The translations under genes were made by a program, and so were the position numbers. Of a stretch of 64,000 bases of DNA, positions 1 through 12,830 are shown piece after piece. The DNA is from Euprymna scolopes (taxonomy: Eukaryota), in NCBI GenBank assembly GCA_053919585.1, contig CM132795.1; one strand, given 5' to 3'. Position 1 is the stretch's first letter. Every line of letters starts with the position of its first letter. The notes under the pieces were generated by a model. That model was not told the origin of the DNA. It ran no database searches and saw only the letters and a program-made list of their open reading frames with translations.

Positions 1-2469
1 CTCGCTCTCAGAAGTAACTCTCACTTCTCATGAGTATTTCCAATTCTGCATTTCCTTTCCTCTTTGAAACTGCGATCTCACGTTTTCTTCTCCAGTTTTT
101 ATTTAACAATTCTTTCTCCACACTTTCCCCCCTTCATTTCCTTTGCATATTTGCCGACTAGTTTCTTCGAACGTTTTTTCCAAACGCATTTCGCTGTGCA
201 AACACAATGTTCTTAATTTCACTTACACACTTCTTCGCCAATTCAGGCACAGTTCCTTTCCTTCTTCCCCTATGCCTACACATATTGCATACCTGCACTT
301 ACCTATACTCAATGTACTTCTCTTCTACTGCAATCCTATTTACCCTCGTTTCAAGCTTCTATACAATTTTGAAAATTATTTTGATCCTGCTTTCTTTTCC
401 CATTTTATTTTTATTAACCTATTAAAGTTTCGGATTTCCTCGTTTTTCTTTAATGCTTTTACTCATTCAATCCCCACCACCACCGCACCATCAACATCGC
501 ATCCACCTCCCCAGGAAAAAAGAAGCACACACAACATACAGCATAAGACTATCTACAAAAAACCTTTGTTCCGTCTATCAATACGACGCACGTTTCTTCT
601 CTACACAAGCAGACTTTAGCAACTCTGAAAAGAATTGAATATTGATTACTGCGATGGCTGCTTCAATAAAACAGGCAGATGTGTTACTGTTTAAACTTAT
701 TTGCTACTTTCACACCTGATTATAATTGGCTGGAATCTTACGTAGATGCTTATGCATTATTAGAATCCCGAATGAACTATTTAGGTTCATGTATTAATGG
801 GTCACATATTATGTAAAATTGTTATACACAAAAATCATTTATATTCATCCCGAAACCATTAGTATAGCGCTATTAGTTCATTTTATTATATTAAAACTTC
901 AGAAGTGAATTAAAGATGTACAAAAATTACTAGTCATTAAATTAAGTCATTCCTATTTCTGCATGCCCTTATCGATTGATTCACACGAGAGAGGTCGTTT
1001 CTCAATATGGCGAGAATTCAGTTGTCCAAAAAGGTATGGAATTATTACAATAGAGCAAACCAAAACACTTCAAAGCAAAAATCATGCTGACATTGTGAAA
1101 ATTACATAAAAATCACATGATAAAGTTTTTATATGAAGAACGATTGAATTGATTAAGATAAAGAATAAATTACATATCTTTAATGATTTAAAGTTATATA
1201 AGAGAAAGACATGTGTCCGTCTTCTTCTCTTGTGTGTATAAAACGTGAGAAACAATGAAACATCAAAACATTTCTGACTGCAGCGTATCGGTCGAAGAAT
1301 ATTGCGGGGTTGACAGTATTTAGGAAGTGCGTCGCATAATAACGTCTGTACTGGTACACCCACTTCGCTTGTCGTCAGTTATCCAAACCTGTGTAGTACA
1401 CTGATGTCGACGGTTGAAGTGAAGCCGTCGAGAACATAATGATGGTCATTTGATGTTCACCTGTTTTTAGCTGACGACACGAGCGATTTGGCTAAGGACA
1501 AATTGCATGTAATTTACAAAACGCCTAATCTCGATATGAAAAGAAAAATGAATGATAATAAGAAGAAGAACCAACCACATCAAAGCAAGGGTCGACAAGA
1601 CACGCGAAAACAGCAAATACACTCTGTGGACAAAGATACGAAACAATAAACCACATAATAAGCAAATTTAGCAAACTATCTCAAAAAAGAATATAAAAAT
1701 AGATACGATCAAGTGGGGAAGCAGTACACTGGGAATAATGCAAAAAACTGCATATTGAGCACCCAGACAAATAGTACAAGCACAAAACGGCAACGGTAAT
1801 CGAAAATTCACAAAAATCCTATTAGAAATGGATATGCAAAGTAATAAACCCTCTGAAGAAGAAGACTAGATATCGTAATTGTCGAAAAAAAAAGTTCAAC
1901 CAGATTCTAGATTTTGCCGTGCCAGCACACCACAGAGTTGAGATCAAGGAGACAGAAAAAGAATGGGAAAGATTTGAAATCAGAGGGACGACTGAGAAGA
2001 TACAATGTATAACAATAATGAAAACGGTTGAAATATTACAGAAAACCTTGAATGTAGAGACTAACACACATAAGCTATAAGCACAAGCTGGACATGCATA
2101 AACTGCTACAGATGTAAAACACAAAGGGACAACACATGGGACCATGAAGACTGAAACTTCATAATTGCTTGTTAATCCCATACCTTTTGTGCCCCAGCCT
2201 TTTTTTGCGTGTATCACAATAAACTGATGCAAGACGAAATAAGTGAGGAAGGGCATAGAGAATGGAAAGATCGAGGAGTAAAAGCCCTAGCAAAACCCCC
2301 ACTGGATGCATTAAAATTTTATTAGTAACAATTTTATAACAAGTCTATATGTTTTTGCTGATTATTTCCCTCTGATACTAAATTGTTGAAACTCTATGGA
2401 ATAAGGGTACTTTCGTTATTCCTCATTTGTGATGAATTAATAATGTAAACTATTATTGTTTAACATTTT

Positions 2470-2519
<50 letters not shown>

Positions 2520-2524
<5 letters not shown>

Positions 2525-3680
2525 TAAACTTGCAACTTCCGAATTTCAGAAAATATTTTTGTAGAATTTATGAAATTCGCCATCATGTCGGTTGAATTCA
2601 GCTTTAATGATATTATGTACAGACAGACAGATGGTGTGATCATGGGTTCCCCATTGCGACCAGCGTTGGCTAATATCTTTGTGTTTTCATGAACAGGGTC
2701 TATTATCTGGTGTGCATACACCAGACATTTACTTTCGTTAAGTTGATGACGCTTTTTGCTTATTTGACAACGAGACGAATGCAGATGCTTTTTTGTGTCC
2801 CTCAATAATGTTCATCCAGCCCTTAAGTTTACGGTAGACAAAGAAACAAATTCTACTCTTCCATTTTTGGATGTTCCTGTGTCCAAGACATCCTCGTGTT
2901 TTCTTACTTCTGTTTATCGTAAACCAACTTTTACCGGTCTCTATACGCGTTGGGACACTTTTTGCCCTACAAACCAAAAATACAATTAAATTAAGACTTT
3001 AGCACATAGGACCTTGATGATTTGTTCTAAAGTTAATCTTGATGACGAGCTTAAGTTTATTACTAAGTTCCTTTGTGAAAATGGTTACCCGTTAGATATT
3101 GTTGAAACTACTATTAGTAAGAAAGTTTCCAATTTTTATAAACCTAAGGAAATCATATTTAATAGATGTCCTGTTTACCTACGTCTACCTTGGCTAGGTA
3201 ACATCAGTGACCGATTTGCTAAGCAAATGTTTTTGTCTGTGCTACGGTGTTACTTTGCATCGAATCCACGTGTTGTTTTTTTCAACCAGACCTATGTTGT
3301 CGCCCATTTGCAAATATGTTCTCCCCCCCCTAATAATTCTATTATGTATTTATAAAATGTAGTTGCACTGGGCACTATGTTGGGCGAACATCGCAAAGAT
3401 TGGATTCCCGTTCGAAATAACATGTACCATCAAAGATTCGTTTTGCAAATTTTTCACCCTCGGATGTTCTGAATAATACGTATGGTTCTGCGATTTGCGA
3501 TCACCTTATAAATAACCATGCGTGTGCCACGAATTTCAGTGCTGACATGTTTACGATCTTGAGTAAGTTGCACTCGCCCCTTCATTTAAAAATTATACAG
3601 AGTATTTTTTATAAGTCTTTGAGACCTTCTATTTGCAAGCAAAAAGAAAATGTTTTAGGACTTAATTTAGTCTCTATGTA
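2520..3680 (+). mobile_element. Decayed Penelope-like retroelement (RT + GIY-YIG endonuclease)
   Basis: QTDGVIMGSPLRPALANIF (about 2621), YFR*VDD (2730-2750), LPFLDV, VYRKPTFTGLY and L-ENGYP. Then a GIY-YIG-like segment IMY...CSCTGHYVGRTSQRLDSR (about 3341-3410). Multiple stops and frameshifts. Confidence 0.88.
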
Positions 3681-5507
3681 ATTTTCCCCGGTTTATTTTT
3701 CTTTTTTTTTTTCTCCCCCGCCATATTCATGATTTTTTTTTAAATCGTATTTTCCTCGATTTAGTTCTGTTGAGCGAGGAACGAAACCTGGTTATCTAAC
3801 CTTTATTTTACTTTTTTTGATTTTTAAATCATCATGTTGATTGTGCTGTATTTAGCCATTATACAATTCTNNNNNNNNNNNNNNNNNNNNNNNNNNNNNN
3901 NNNNNNNNNNNNNNNNNNNNNNNNNNNNNNNNNNNNNNNNNNNNNNNNNNNNNNNNNNNNNNNNNNNNNNNNNNNNNNNNNNNNNNNNNNNNNNNNNNNN
4001 NNNNNNNNNNNTGAATGTATGAAGTAATTAAACGCACGAAAGTGTGATTAAAACAAGATTATCTCCGATAAATAACCGCCAATTAGTCTCTTGAGTGGAT
4101 AAGGTCAGTCGGTTTCTTATGGATGCTCATCGTTCAATATTGATTAGCAGTTAGAGAGAATGAAACTAATTATGAAAATAGTTAATAGACTTATTTTACA
4201 TGTTAATCCCTGTTTTTTAATATGATATTTAGCTATACTCTAAAGTATACGCATACGACAAGAATGAGAAATTCCAATCTCACAAATAAGTTCAAAACAA
4301 ATTACGTTTTCTTTGTTAACAAGTATACCACGTATACGATACCAAGTATACGATATTTGGTATTGATATCGTATGCCAAGTATACGATATTTTATTCATA
4401 ACGTGTTATCCTTCCAATATAGGAACACACACTTATCTAATAAACAACGTGTAATATAATTATGAATAATTGTCGTGATTTCTATTTTCGCAAGTAAGGA
4501 TTATAATTTTCAAAATATCAGTTAACCCAAACGATATTTAATGGTGCCATCTAAAACTCAGAAATATTCAGAAATAGAAAAATGCCCTTATTTAAAAAAT
4601 ACATTGGACAGACGTAACATGTTAAATATTTCTGTTCTGTAGAAGACATATATTACCATTTTAATATATGGTCTAATAACTGAAATGGTATTTGATAATG
4701 CCAGATAAAAGGCCTCGTGCAATACATATATATATATATAGAAAAGAATCATCAACCCATAATAAACTAGTGTGAACAATAATACAAGTTATTTGTATTA
4801 CTTGACCCAAACATATTTGTCACAATCAGATTTATTTTAGACTTTAAGTGGGCAAGCTCGATGACAGTTTCCTAGTTGAGATTTGTGTTCTAAATGTTCC
4901 TGTATTGAATGCACCCGTTTTGTGAATATGTTTAATGAACGTAGCTATTTTCTGAATAGATACTTAATTAACCTTTCTGTTTTCTAGATGCACCATTATT
5001 AGTTGTACCTGTTTTGTGAATGCGCCTTTAATGAACGTATCTTTTCTTAATATGTCTCCAATATACGTAGTTGTTATCTAAGTACGGCCTCAATGAATCT
5101 ACCTCTTTTGCTGGACGTACCTTTAATGAGCGTACCTATTTTCCAGATGTACCATTAGAAATATAAACCATAAATGCAAGGTTTTCCCCTGTTCAAATGC
5201 TCTTATTACTTTTTTCTCAAACAAACCTTTCTCAACTCAAATATCTTTTCCTTTATACGTAATCGGTTATGGAGATATATTGATAAAATTTCGATCTTTG
5301 CTCTGACTTATTTACTCGCAGCCATGCGGAGGAGGAAGGATGATGTAAAAGCCGATGTCGTTTTTTGAAGGGTTTTATACCAGTGGAGAAAATCGATATT
5401 GGATAAAAATCGATGTTACTAAACTAATGTAACATATGTGTGCTAAACTATGCCGTGCGATACATCTGGACACATACTCGTATTAATACGTACATTGACA
5501 TTACTTA

Positions 5508-5547
<40 letters not shown>

Positions 5548-5951
5548 TTTTTATTTAGATTTATAAATATTAATAATTATTTCATACCAACAGACACACG
5601 TTTTTCATGCATTCGCAATCATTAGCGCATCCATTAACACAAGAATTAAAGAAAATTAAACACCTATAAATGCCAAATACGAGCAAAACAAAAAAGCGGT
5701 AAGAAACTGTTCTCACGACCGTAAATTATAAACGTTGCATATTCGCTAGCTTACATTTTTGATTTTGTCTCCCAGACAGGGCTCAGCTTTAATAATCGTG
5801 AAGCGATGTATATGATTATTAATAATTATTTTATACCTACAGAAACTAGTTAATCATTAGTGCAGGAAGAGATAATTACTGCTGGTCGAGAGATTCGAAC
5901 CCACTACAAAGTCATCTTTGACTCCATTTGCTAGGACGTGATATATATATG

Positions 5952-6010
<59 letters not shown>

Positions 6011-8924
6011 ATGTTTATAAAACTAATTTGTTTGCATGTCAGACCACCGACTCTACGCCAGTGTTTTGAAGTCAATTATGTTTTATTTGTGTTTTTGTAC
6101 GATTTGCCATTGCATATACATTTATGATAATCTGCTATTTAGTTTTAAGCCGTCTCGTTGTAAAGCTAGCCGGCGGACAGTTTTTTCGTGGAATCTCTTT
6201 TCATAAAAATCAAGCTGAACATAGGTGGCGTTCTGCAGTAAATCCATATTAGTTTTTAATTTTTATTTGTTTTTCATAAACTAGACAGCTGCTATTTTAT
6301 TATTCAATCTAAAATGTAAGTTATTCGTCTTACTAATTTTTATTTTAGGTTATTATTAAGTTTCGACCAGACCCCCGCTAATATGAAAGATTTTTATATG
6401 TTACATATTAGCAGTCGTCTGGGCCCGATTACGTATCTTTTTAATAAACTATAGCGCAGCATGTTATAAACCTACAAATGCCAAATGCGAACATAAGAGT
6501 AGAGCAGTCAAGATAGTTCAACAATAACAAATGAAAAGTGTCATAGTTGGGTTGTCAGCTTACGCACTATATGGGTTTACGTTTATCATTACAAGCGAAG
6601 GTCACACTAACGGAGCGGACATTTAAAGTGAGTGAGGAATGGTTCAATGAAAGATAACTTGAAGATAAACTACACATTTAAATTAAAACGTTTTTAAACC
6701 CGTAAAGAATACACTTAATAATTATTGTATTTGATGAGGATATAAGGCGAGTGTGTTAAACTTGAACGCTATATAGAACAAATTAAGTTAACGAACAAAG
6801 GATAATAATACAACGTGGTAAGCAAAGCTGTCAGTTAATTTATTCTAACTGATCTATACTGACATTTCTTCTTCGTGGCATCTTAATTCCGATTTTACTA
6901 ACCTCCCCACTCAAAGATAAAATTCGCTTTTGATGTGAAGAAATCAAATTCTGGATATGAAACAGTCTAGAACGGAATCTTCTTAATATACTGAGGACAA
7001 AACAAATGAAATACAGTAACAGAAGAGATGCTAGGTTTTGATTTATTGACATATAATATATACATTTGGAACTAAATAGACACCAGCAGTCAAAGAGTCA
7101 AATAATCCCTGGCGTTGCTACTATTAATCTTCACATTGTTGCACTGTTTAATATTTGATCTACGTGACTTTAATAACACTGTAAAGTTGTAAACCATAAA
7201 AGAACTACACATCTGATTTCATATTAATTTAACGTTTTATTTCAGGATTTATCGTCTAGTTTCATATGAATCTAAATTTAATAAACGTTACTTCACTTTT
7301 TTCTTAGTTAATCGTTTAATACTCAGGCCACGTGGATTTGTGCATCTACGCTATAAATCTAGTTGTTTCGGCAATAAAAACACAGCATCTAAATAACCTT
7401 GGCAGAGACGTACTTATCTACAAAATTACGTCCGTCAGTCATTTGTTCTGCTAGATAGTAGCATTTTACACAGACACTTATTTCCGTTCTTTCTGGGCGT
7501 TGTATCCCTAGACAAATCACAGGTTTCACTAGCGTTGTTTGTGGGTGTCTGTATGTTGTTTTTATGACATTATCTAACTTTTATTCGTTTTGGGTCTATG
7601 AAAGCATTGAAAGGTCTGGAAATATCTCTTGACTTCACTTACTCACAGCCCCAAAGTGGTAGTACCTGTCAAAGACCTATTAGATGCCCTTAAACAATGC
7701 ATTTACGGCTACTCCGCCCCCATCATTCTAAAATCCATATTTCCCTTCCTTTCTACTTAGCTTCTCTCTATTTCCAAACTCTAATAAATTTCTAAAACAG
7801 TAACTGCTCACAAATTTGCATCCAATGAGGAAACGCAATTTTAGGAGCTTTGTGAAGTTTTAATTTCCAGTGCATCTATACCCAAAGTGTAATTACCTAG
7901 TAGGAACCAATACATAGGTAGGAACCAATACATAGGTTGACCATCTTTTAAAACTATTTTTTATACAATATACGCCTCTTAAAACTACTCGAATACAAGA
8001 TATATTTCGTCATAAAATGACTAGACGTCATAATATCTGACAACCAACCAAGGTGTAGTTGTTTCATCAGCAGAATAGTGTAATTGACTGGCAAATAGAT
8101 TTAAATAAAAGCTTTCCCATAATTGCAAGAATAGAAATAAAACACGCGAGCTTTCTTTTGCATACTTTACGTCATAGAAAGACATATGCATTGCCTCTGC
8201 TACAAGTGTGATTCACTGTTTGCAATACTTTTAATATATTCACGGTATTGATAACTGGGCCATGAATATATGACACCGAACACCATCCTTTCTATGATGG
8301 CTTATTAAACAATAAGATATTATGAGCGAAATAATAGAGTTGTTGACACAGTGTAAAGCTCTGTTAACTCTGAGATATTACTTTATGTCAAGAAAAATAT
8401 TTGAAAAAGAAAATGCGGTTGGGCGAACTGTACTTTATATGATCCCTCAGAAAATGTCATTTTGCTTACTGTCATGTTTTTTTCTTAAGAAACAATCATT
8501 ATTATGAATAAACATGAACAGTGTTATTAAACACGTGACTCTGTAAGATTATACGTGGCTCTATAATATTACACTGTCTCAGGACTGGTTCAGTATAGCT
8601 TTGGATATTCTTGGAAACTTTATTAAATACAAGAAACAAGGCTTCCAAACACTTCAAAGCAATAACACCACATCGATATCGTGAAATGTGTATGAAAATA
8701 CAGATTAAGGCTGGGAATGAAAGTAAGAATATATTCAAGTCAAACATGGATTCCCCACATTAAAAATAAAAATGAAAAATCAGTATGTGGCGGCTGAAAC
8801 GTTATAAACATACAGACATTAAAAATTAGGGCAAATATTCAAAAGATGTGAAGCAATGATTCATGGCTATCACATATGGTTTAAATAAGAATCACATTTA
8901 TGTCACATGTTACACAAATCTGAA

Positions 8925-9170
8925 TTTTTAAGATGAGGATTGATTATTTGTATCATTTGGATTCATCGGACTACTGTTCTCATCTTGAGTGTGATTTTCA
9001 CAATGTTTCGCTCGATATAACCTCCGACCTTCTTCAGGTGTATCCTGTCGAACTTGGGAATGTTTCTGTCGAATTCGGGAATTTGGACGGAATTTCGAGC
9101 GGAACCCTTTATTTACTTCACGTGGGTAGCGTGCTCTTGTCCCGTCAGCCATGACTGGATAGAAGTCCTA
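8925..9170 (-). mobile_element. Penelope-type terminal-repeat (pLTR-like) dispersed repeat with decayed minimal hammerhead
   Basis: The minus strand reads ACAC-CTGAAGA-A-GGTCG-gaggttatat-CGAGC-GAAAC-ATT-GTG (8999-9041). It resembles an abundant cephalopod repeat, and homologous copies lie at 20505-20790. Confidence 0.6.
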
Positions 9171-11876
9171 AGTAATTCGCAAGTGTAAATTTCGGTCGCC
9201 CAGACTGAGGATTGGATCTTAAATTTTCAGGAGAATATCACTTTTACAATTGATTTTTCCCAGTACTCTAACCGCTACAACACGGGTCCTTGCGGTTGGA
9301 AAATAATGTTTTCATCTTCAAGCTTCGAGCGTGTCGCTTTTTTTTTAAAATAGTCACATACAAATAAAGAATTCTAGTAAAGTAAGATAACAAATGTTTC
9401 GTTACACGTTGAGACACCATAACCGCAGCGCAAATTGCTGCTTTTCAGGTTTGTTTTTGAATGATTAGGTCTTTGTAAATCTGTACTCGACTTCGAATCG
9501 CGAAGAAAATGACATGTATTTTGTTGAAAGTTTCTGTACTAAACACTCACTTAAAGGCATATACGCGTACAAAATGTAGCGTGATCTTTTTATTGTCATA
9601 ATATTAATTAATTTATGTCGGCAAAATCTCAACGACTTAATATTTTCTTTGTATTTAGTGATGAATTTTATTAAAATTGGTTTGTCAATAATAAATCGAT
9701 CTAAATGTTATTGTTATAAAAATACAAGTGTTCAAACATAATTGTAGTAAGCATTTTCTTTTAACAGAATTTAATGATAAAACATATGTACGCTGTTCTG
9801 AATGACATCACCTGTTTCATTTATGTACATCTATCAAATTGAGCAGAAAGAGGTTTGCTGGAAATCCTTCGTGAAAATTCAAATACAACCAATGTTTGTA
9901 AAATTAAGCATTCAAGATTCCTTGAATTACAATTTCATATGAAGACTTCTTAAGCATAAGCCTAAAATTGTAGACGTTTTCTAGAATCTAAATTATATAA
10001 TGAGATTTTATCAAAATTAGAATATATTTTTCTTTTGTTTTAAATAATATTTGTAGGTTTGAAGAAACCCTTTTCCACTGATTCACGTTTGTCATTTTAA
10101 TTGCATTGTAACTCAGAAATAGTAAATCTTTTCAAAACTCACAACTCCATGTTTGAAATCTCTAATTGCACAATTTTTGGCTAATACGTGTTCTATTGGC
10201 GTATACTATAATCGATTTCACTTATTAAGGCATGAGAACTTTTATAATCTGAATCCAGTCGGAGACGATTATTGCGGATATTATGTTACGAACAGCTTGT
10301 TCTTTTATAATTATAGGCACACATAAATTTGATCAACAAATGTCAATTCATTAAATTACGTATGTTCGAAAGGAGCAGTCTTTTTCCATTGTCTATTGCA
10401 TGATAGTCCATATAACTCCTTTGTTCATCAAGTACATTTGTTGTTTCAACATTTCTTTTTTGAATAATTCAAATATGTTTATTGTATAAACAGATTAATT
10501 TGATGCCTCGTTTGCTATGCCCCCTATCTCTCTATTATGGATTGTTTTAATAAGTCAACAATTATCAAGTGAATAATTGCCATGATCTGTTTATTGATGA
10601 AGAATATTATGAGATGATTGAAAATGATAAATGGCAAGAACAATGTGTGATTATTTCGGAAGACAATTTATGACAAGTATTTGTTGACATTGGGCTTAAA
10701 ACTGACCCTGTTTTAGTTTGCAAGGAAGCAATTTCGTGGTAACATGTTTCACATATGTGATGTACTAAAAAAACTTCCTTCTTGGAAATTTCATTTACTT
10801 AATTTTCTTTATTTTAAAACATGGGCGTTGTTATTCGTCGGAGTGGAGTTCGGCCTTGTTTTGTCCTAAAAGGTAACCTTCACGCATAACTTCCATGTCG
10901 AAAGGGAGAATTGGATTATCGTAGGTTGCAAGAGGCACCCCAAAGCAAATTTTGCACCCAAAAGCCCCTGTATCTGGAGGGGGGGCGTTTTATTGCTTAT
11001 TTTAAACTGACACTTCGTCTAATTTTGTTAAGGAGAAGGAAGTTAATTCTCTCTCTCTCTCTTTTCACGCTCGTCTCGTCTCTTTCATTCACTCTCAGTT
11101 TTATTATTAGCAATTTTACGGTGACAAAACACAAGCATAACAGCAATGATACGATGACTTGGATATTAGACAAATATTTCATACAAGTTGCGAGATTCGT
11201 TGACCTGATTTACAAAATTATCTTTAAAAGATTCATGTTGGCCGTGGAAGTCATTAAAAATACAGAGATGTCTTCAAGACCTTATTCATGAATTGTCAAT
11301 TGCCGTACAAGTACAGTTTATTTTTTCTCCATAACAGAAATATAATCAAGAAAAAATGTTCGTAACAAAAAAAAGTAACAGTCAATTTTCATTTAAATAC
11401 AGTAAAACTATTTTGTCGGTAATACTTACAGTGCACATTAATAACAACTTATATATGAACGTGATATTAAACTTATGTTAATGATCAGCTTTTAATAAAT
11501 TAAATCATGCCACAATTTTCTATGTGTCTGTGTATGTGTACATTTCTCGCCTACACGTAATTTACACGTTCGTGTTTATTCTTACAAGAGTAATAATCGA
11601 TTATGTATTAAAAGCAAAAATGCAACGACGCATAATACTAAATAACATTTTAAGTATACTTTTAAAATAGCTTATTATAAAATTAAATTAACTTGAATAC
11701 ATTTTGGTTTCTTCATAAAATATCATACATTCTAATCTTTTGTAAATAGATGAACAAAGAATGAATTTCTTGTGCCCCTTCAAAATTTGAAAGGAATTTG
11801 AAACCATTTAAAATTTGAACACGATTTCCAAATGGTCGCTGTAAACCTGAGAAAACTGATAGCATCGCTTATTCTT

Positions 11877-12608
11877 CATAGACAACAACATTATCATGAA
11901 CACTAAAATCATTATCATAGACAACAACATTATCATGGACACTAAAATCATTATCATAGACAACATTATCATGAACACTAAAATCATTATCATAGACAAC
12001 AACATTATCATGAACACTAAAATCATTATCATAGACAACAACATTATCATGAACACTAAAATCATTATCATAGACAACAACATTATCATGAACATTAAAA
12101 TCATTATCATAGACAACAACATTATCATGAACACTAAAATCATTATCATAGACAACAACATTATCATGAACACTAAAATCATTATCATAGACAACAACAT
12201 TATCATGAACACTAAAATCATAATCATAGACAACAACATTATCATGAACATTAAAATCATTATCATAGACAACAACATTATCATGAACACTAAAATCATT
12301 ATCATAGACAACAACATTATCATTAACACTAAAATCATTATCATAGACAACAACATTATCATGAACACTAAAATCATTATCATAGACAACAACATTATCA
12401 TGAACACTAAAATCATTATCATAGACAACAACATTATCATGAACATTAAAATCATTATCATAGACAACAACATTATCATGAACACTAAAATCATTATCAT
12501 AGACAACAACATTATCATGAACACTAAAATCATTATCATAGACAACAACATTATCATGAACACTAAAATCATTATCATAGACAACAACATTATCATGAAC
12601 ACTAAAAT
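11877..12608. repeat. 39-bp minisatellite, about 19 copies
   Basis: Unit CATAGACAACAACATTATCATGAACACTAAAATCATTAT. Copies are nearly identical, and one unit lacks AAC. Confidence 0.97.
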
Positions 12609-12621
12609 AAACCATATTCTT

Positions 12622-12830
12622 GTTTACTTGCCTCCCCATGAAGGCAGATTTAGATACAAGGTCAATTTTTAATGTGAAGAAAATCCAGCTCCCCACAATG
12701 GGAACAAAAATAAAAATGATCTCGGTCATGAGGGATTTCTCCTCCACTGACCGAGGACAGAAGAGGTTAAGTGTAGCATCAGAAGATATACTACACTGTG
12801 ATCTTAGCCGGAAGGTCAAGAAATCATGTT
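12622..12830 (+). repeat. Dispersed repeat family of about 200 bp (copy 1 of about 6)
   Basis: Shared GCCTCCCCA...GATTTCTCCTCCAC...AAGTGTAGCATC...TACTACACT. Other copies at about 46370-46548 (+), 59621-59791 (+), 58540-58738 (-), 53200-53348 (-) and 20185-20345 (-). Confidence 0.75.

Noticed and set aside
1-620. 158-aa ORF, or LINE ORF1 on the opposite strand
   Set aside because: Pyrimidine-rich with no recognisable domain. The minus-strand frames contain stops. It may be a TE remnant, but this is unsupported.
3752-3790. Hammerhead-like CTGTTGA...CGAAAC downstream of the Penelope ORF
   Set aside because: The position is plausible, but the core is mutated and no convincing stems I-III can be drawn.
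5880-5905. Isolated B-box (GGGTTCGAATC on the minus strand; similar at about 51663)
   Set aside because: No A box or tRNA fold. Probably a SINE scrap too short to call.
11877-12608. CRISPR-like array
   Set aside because: Contiguous tandem units with no unique spacers, in a eukaryotic context with no cas genes.
11808-12819. Long ORFs (264, 316 and 258 aa) over the minisatellite
   Set aside because: They are artefacts of a stop-free 39-bp unit, with low-complexity translations and no exon signals.
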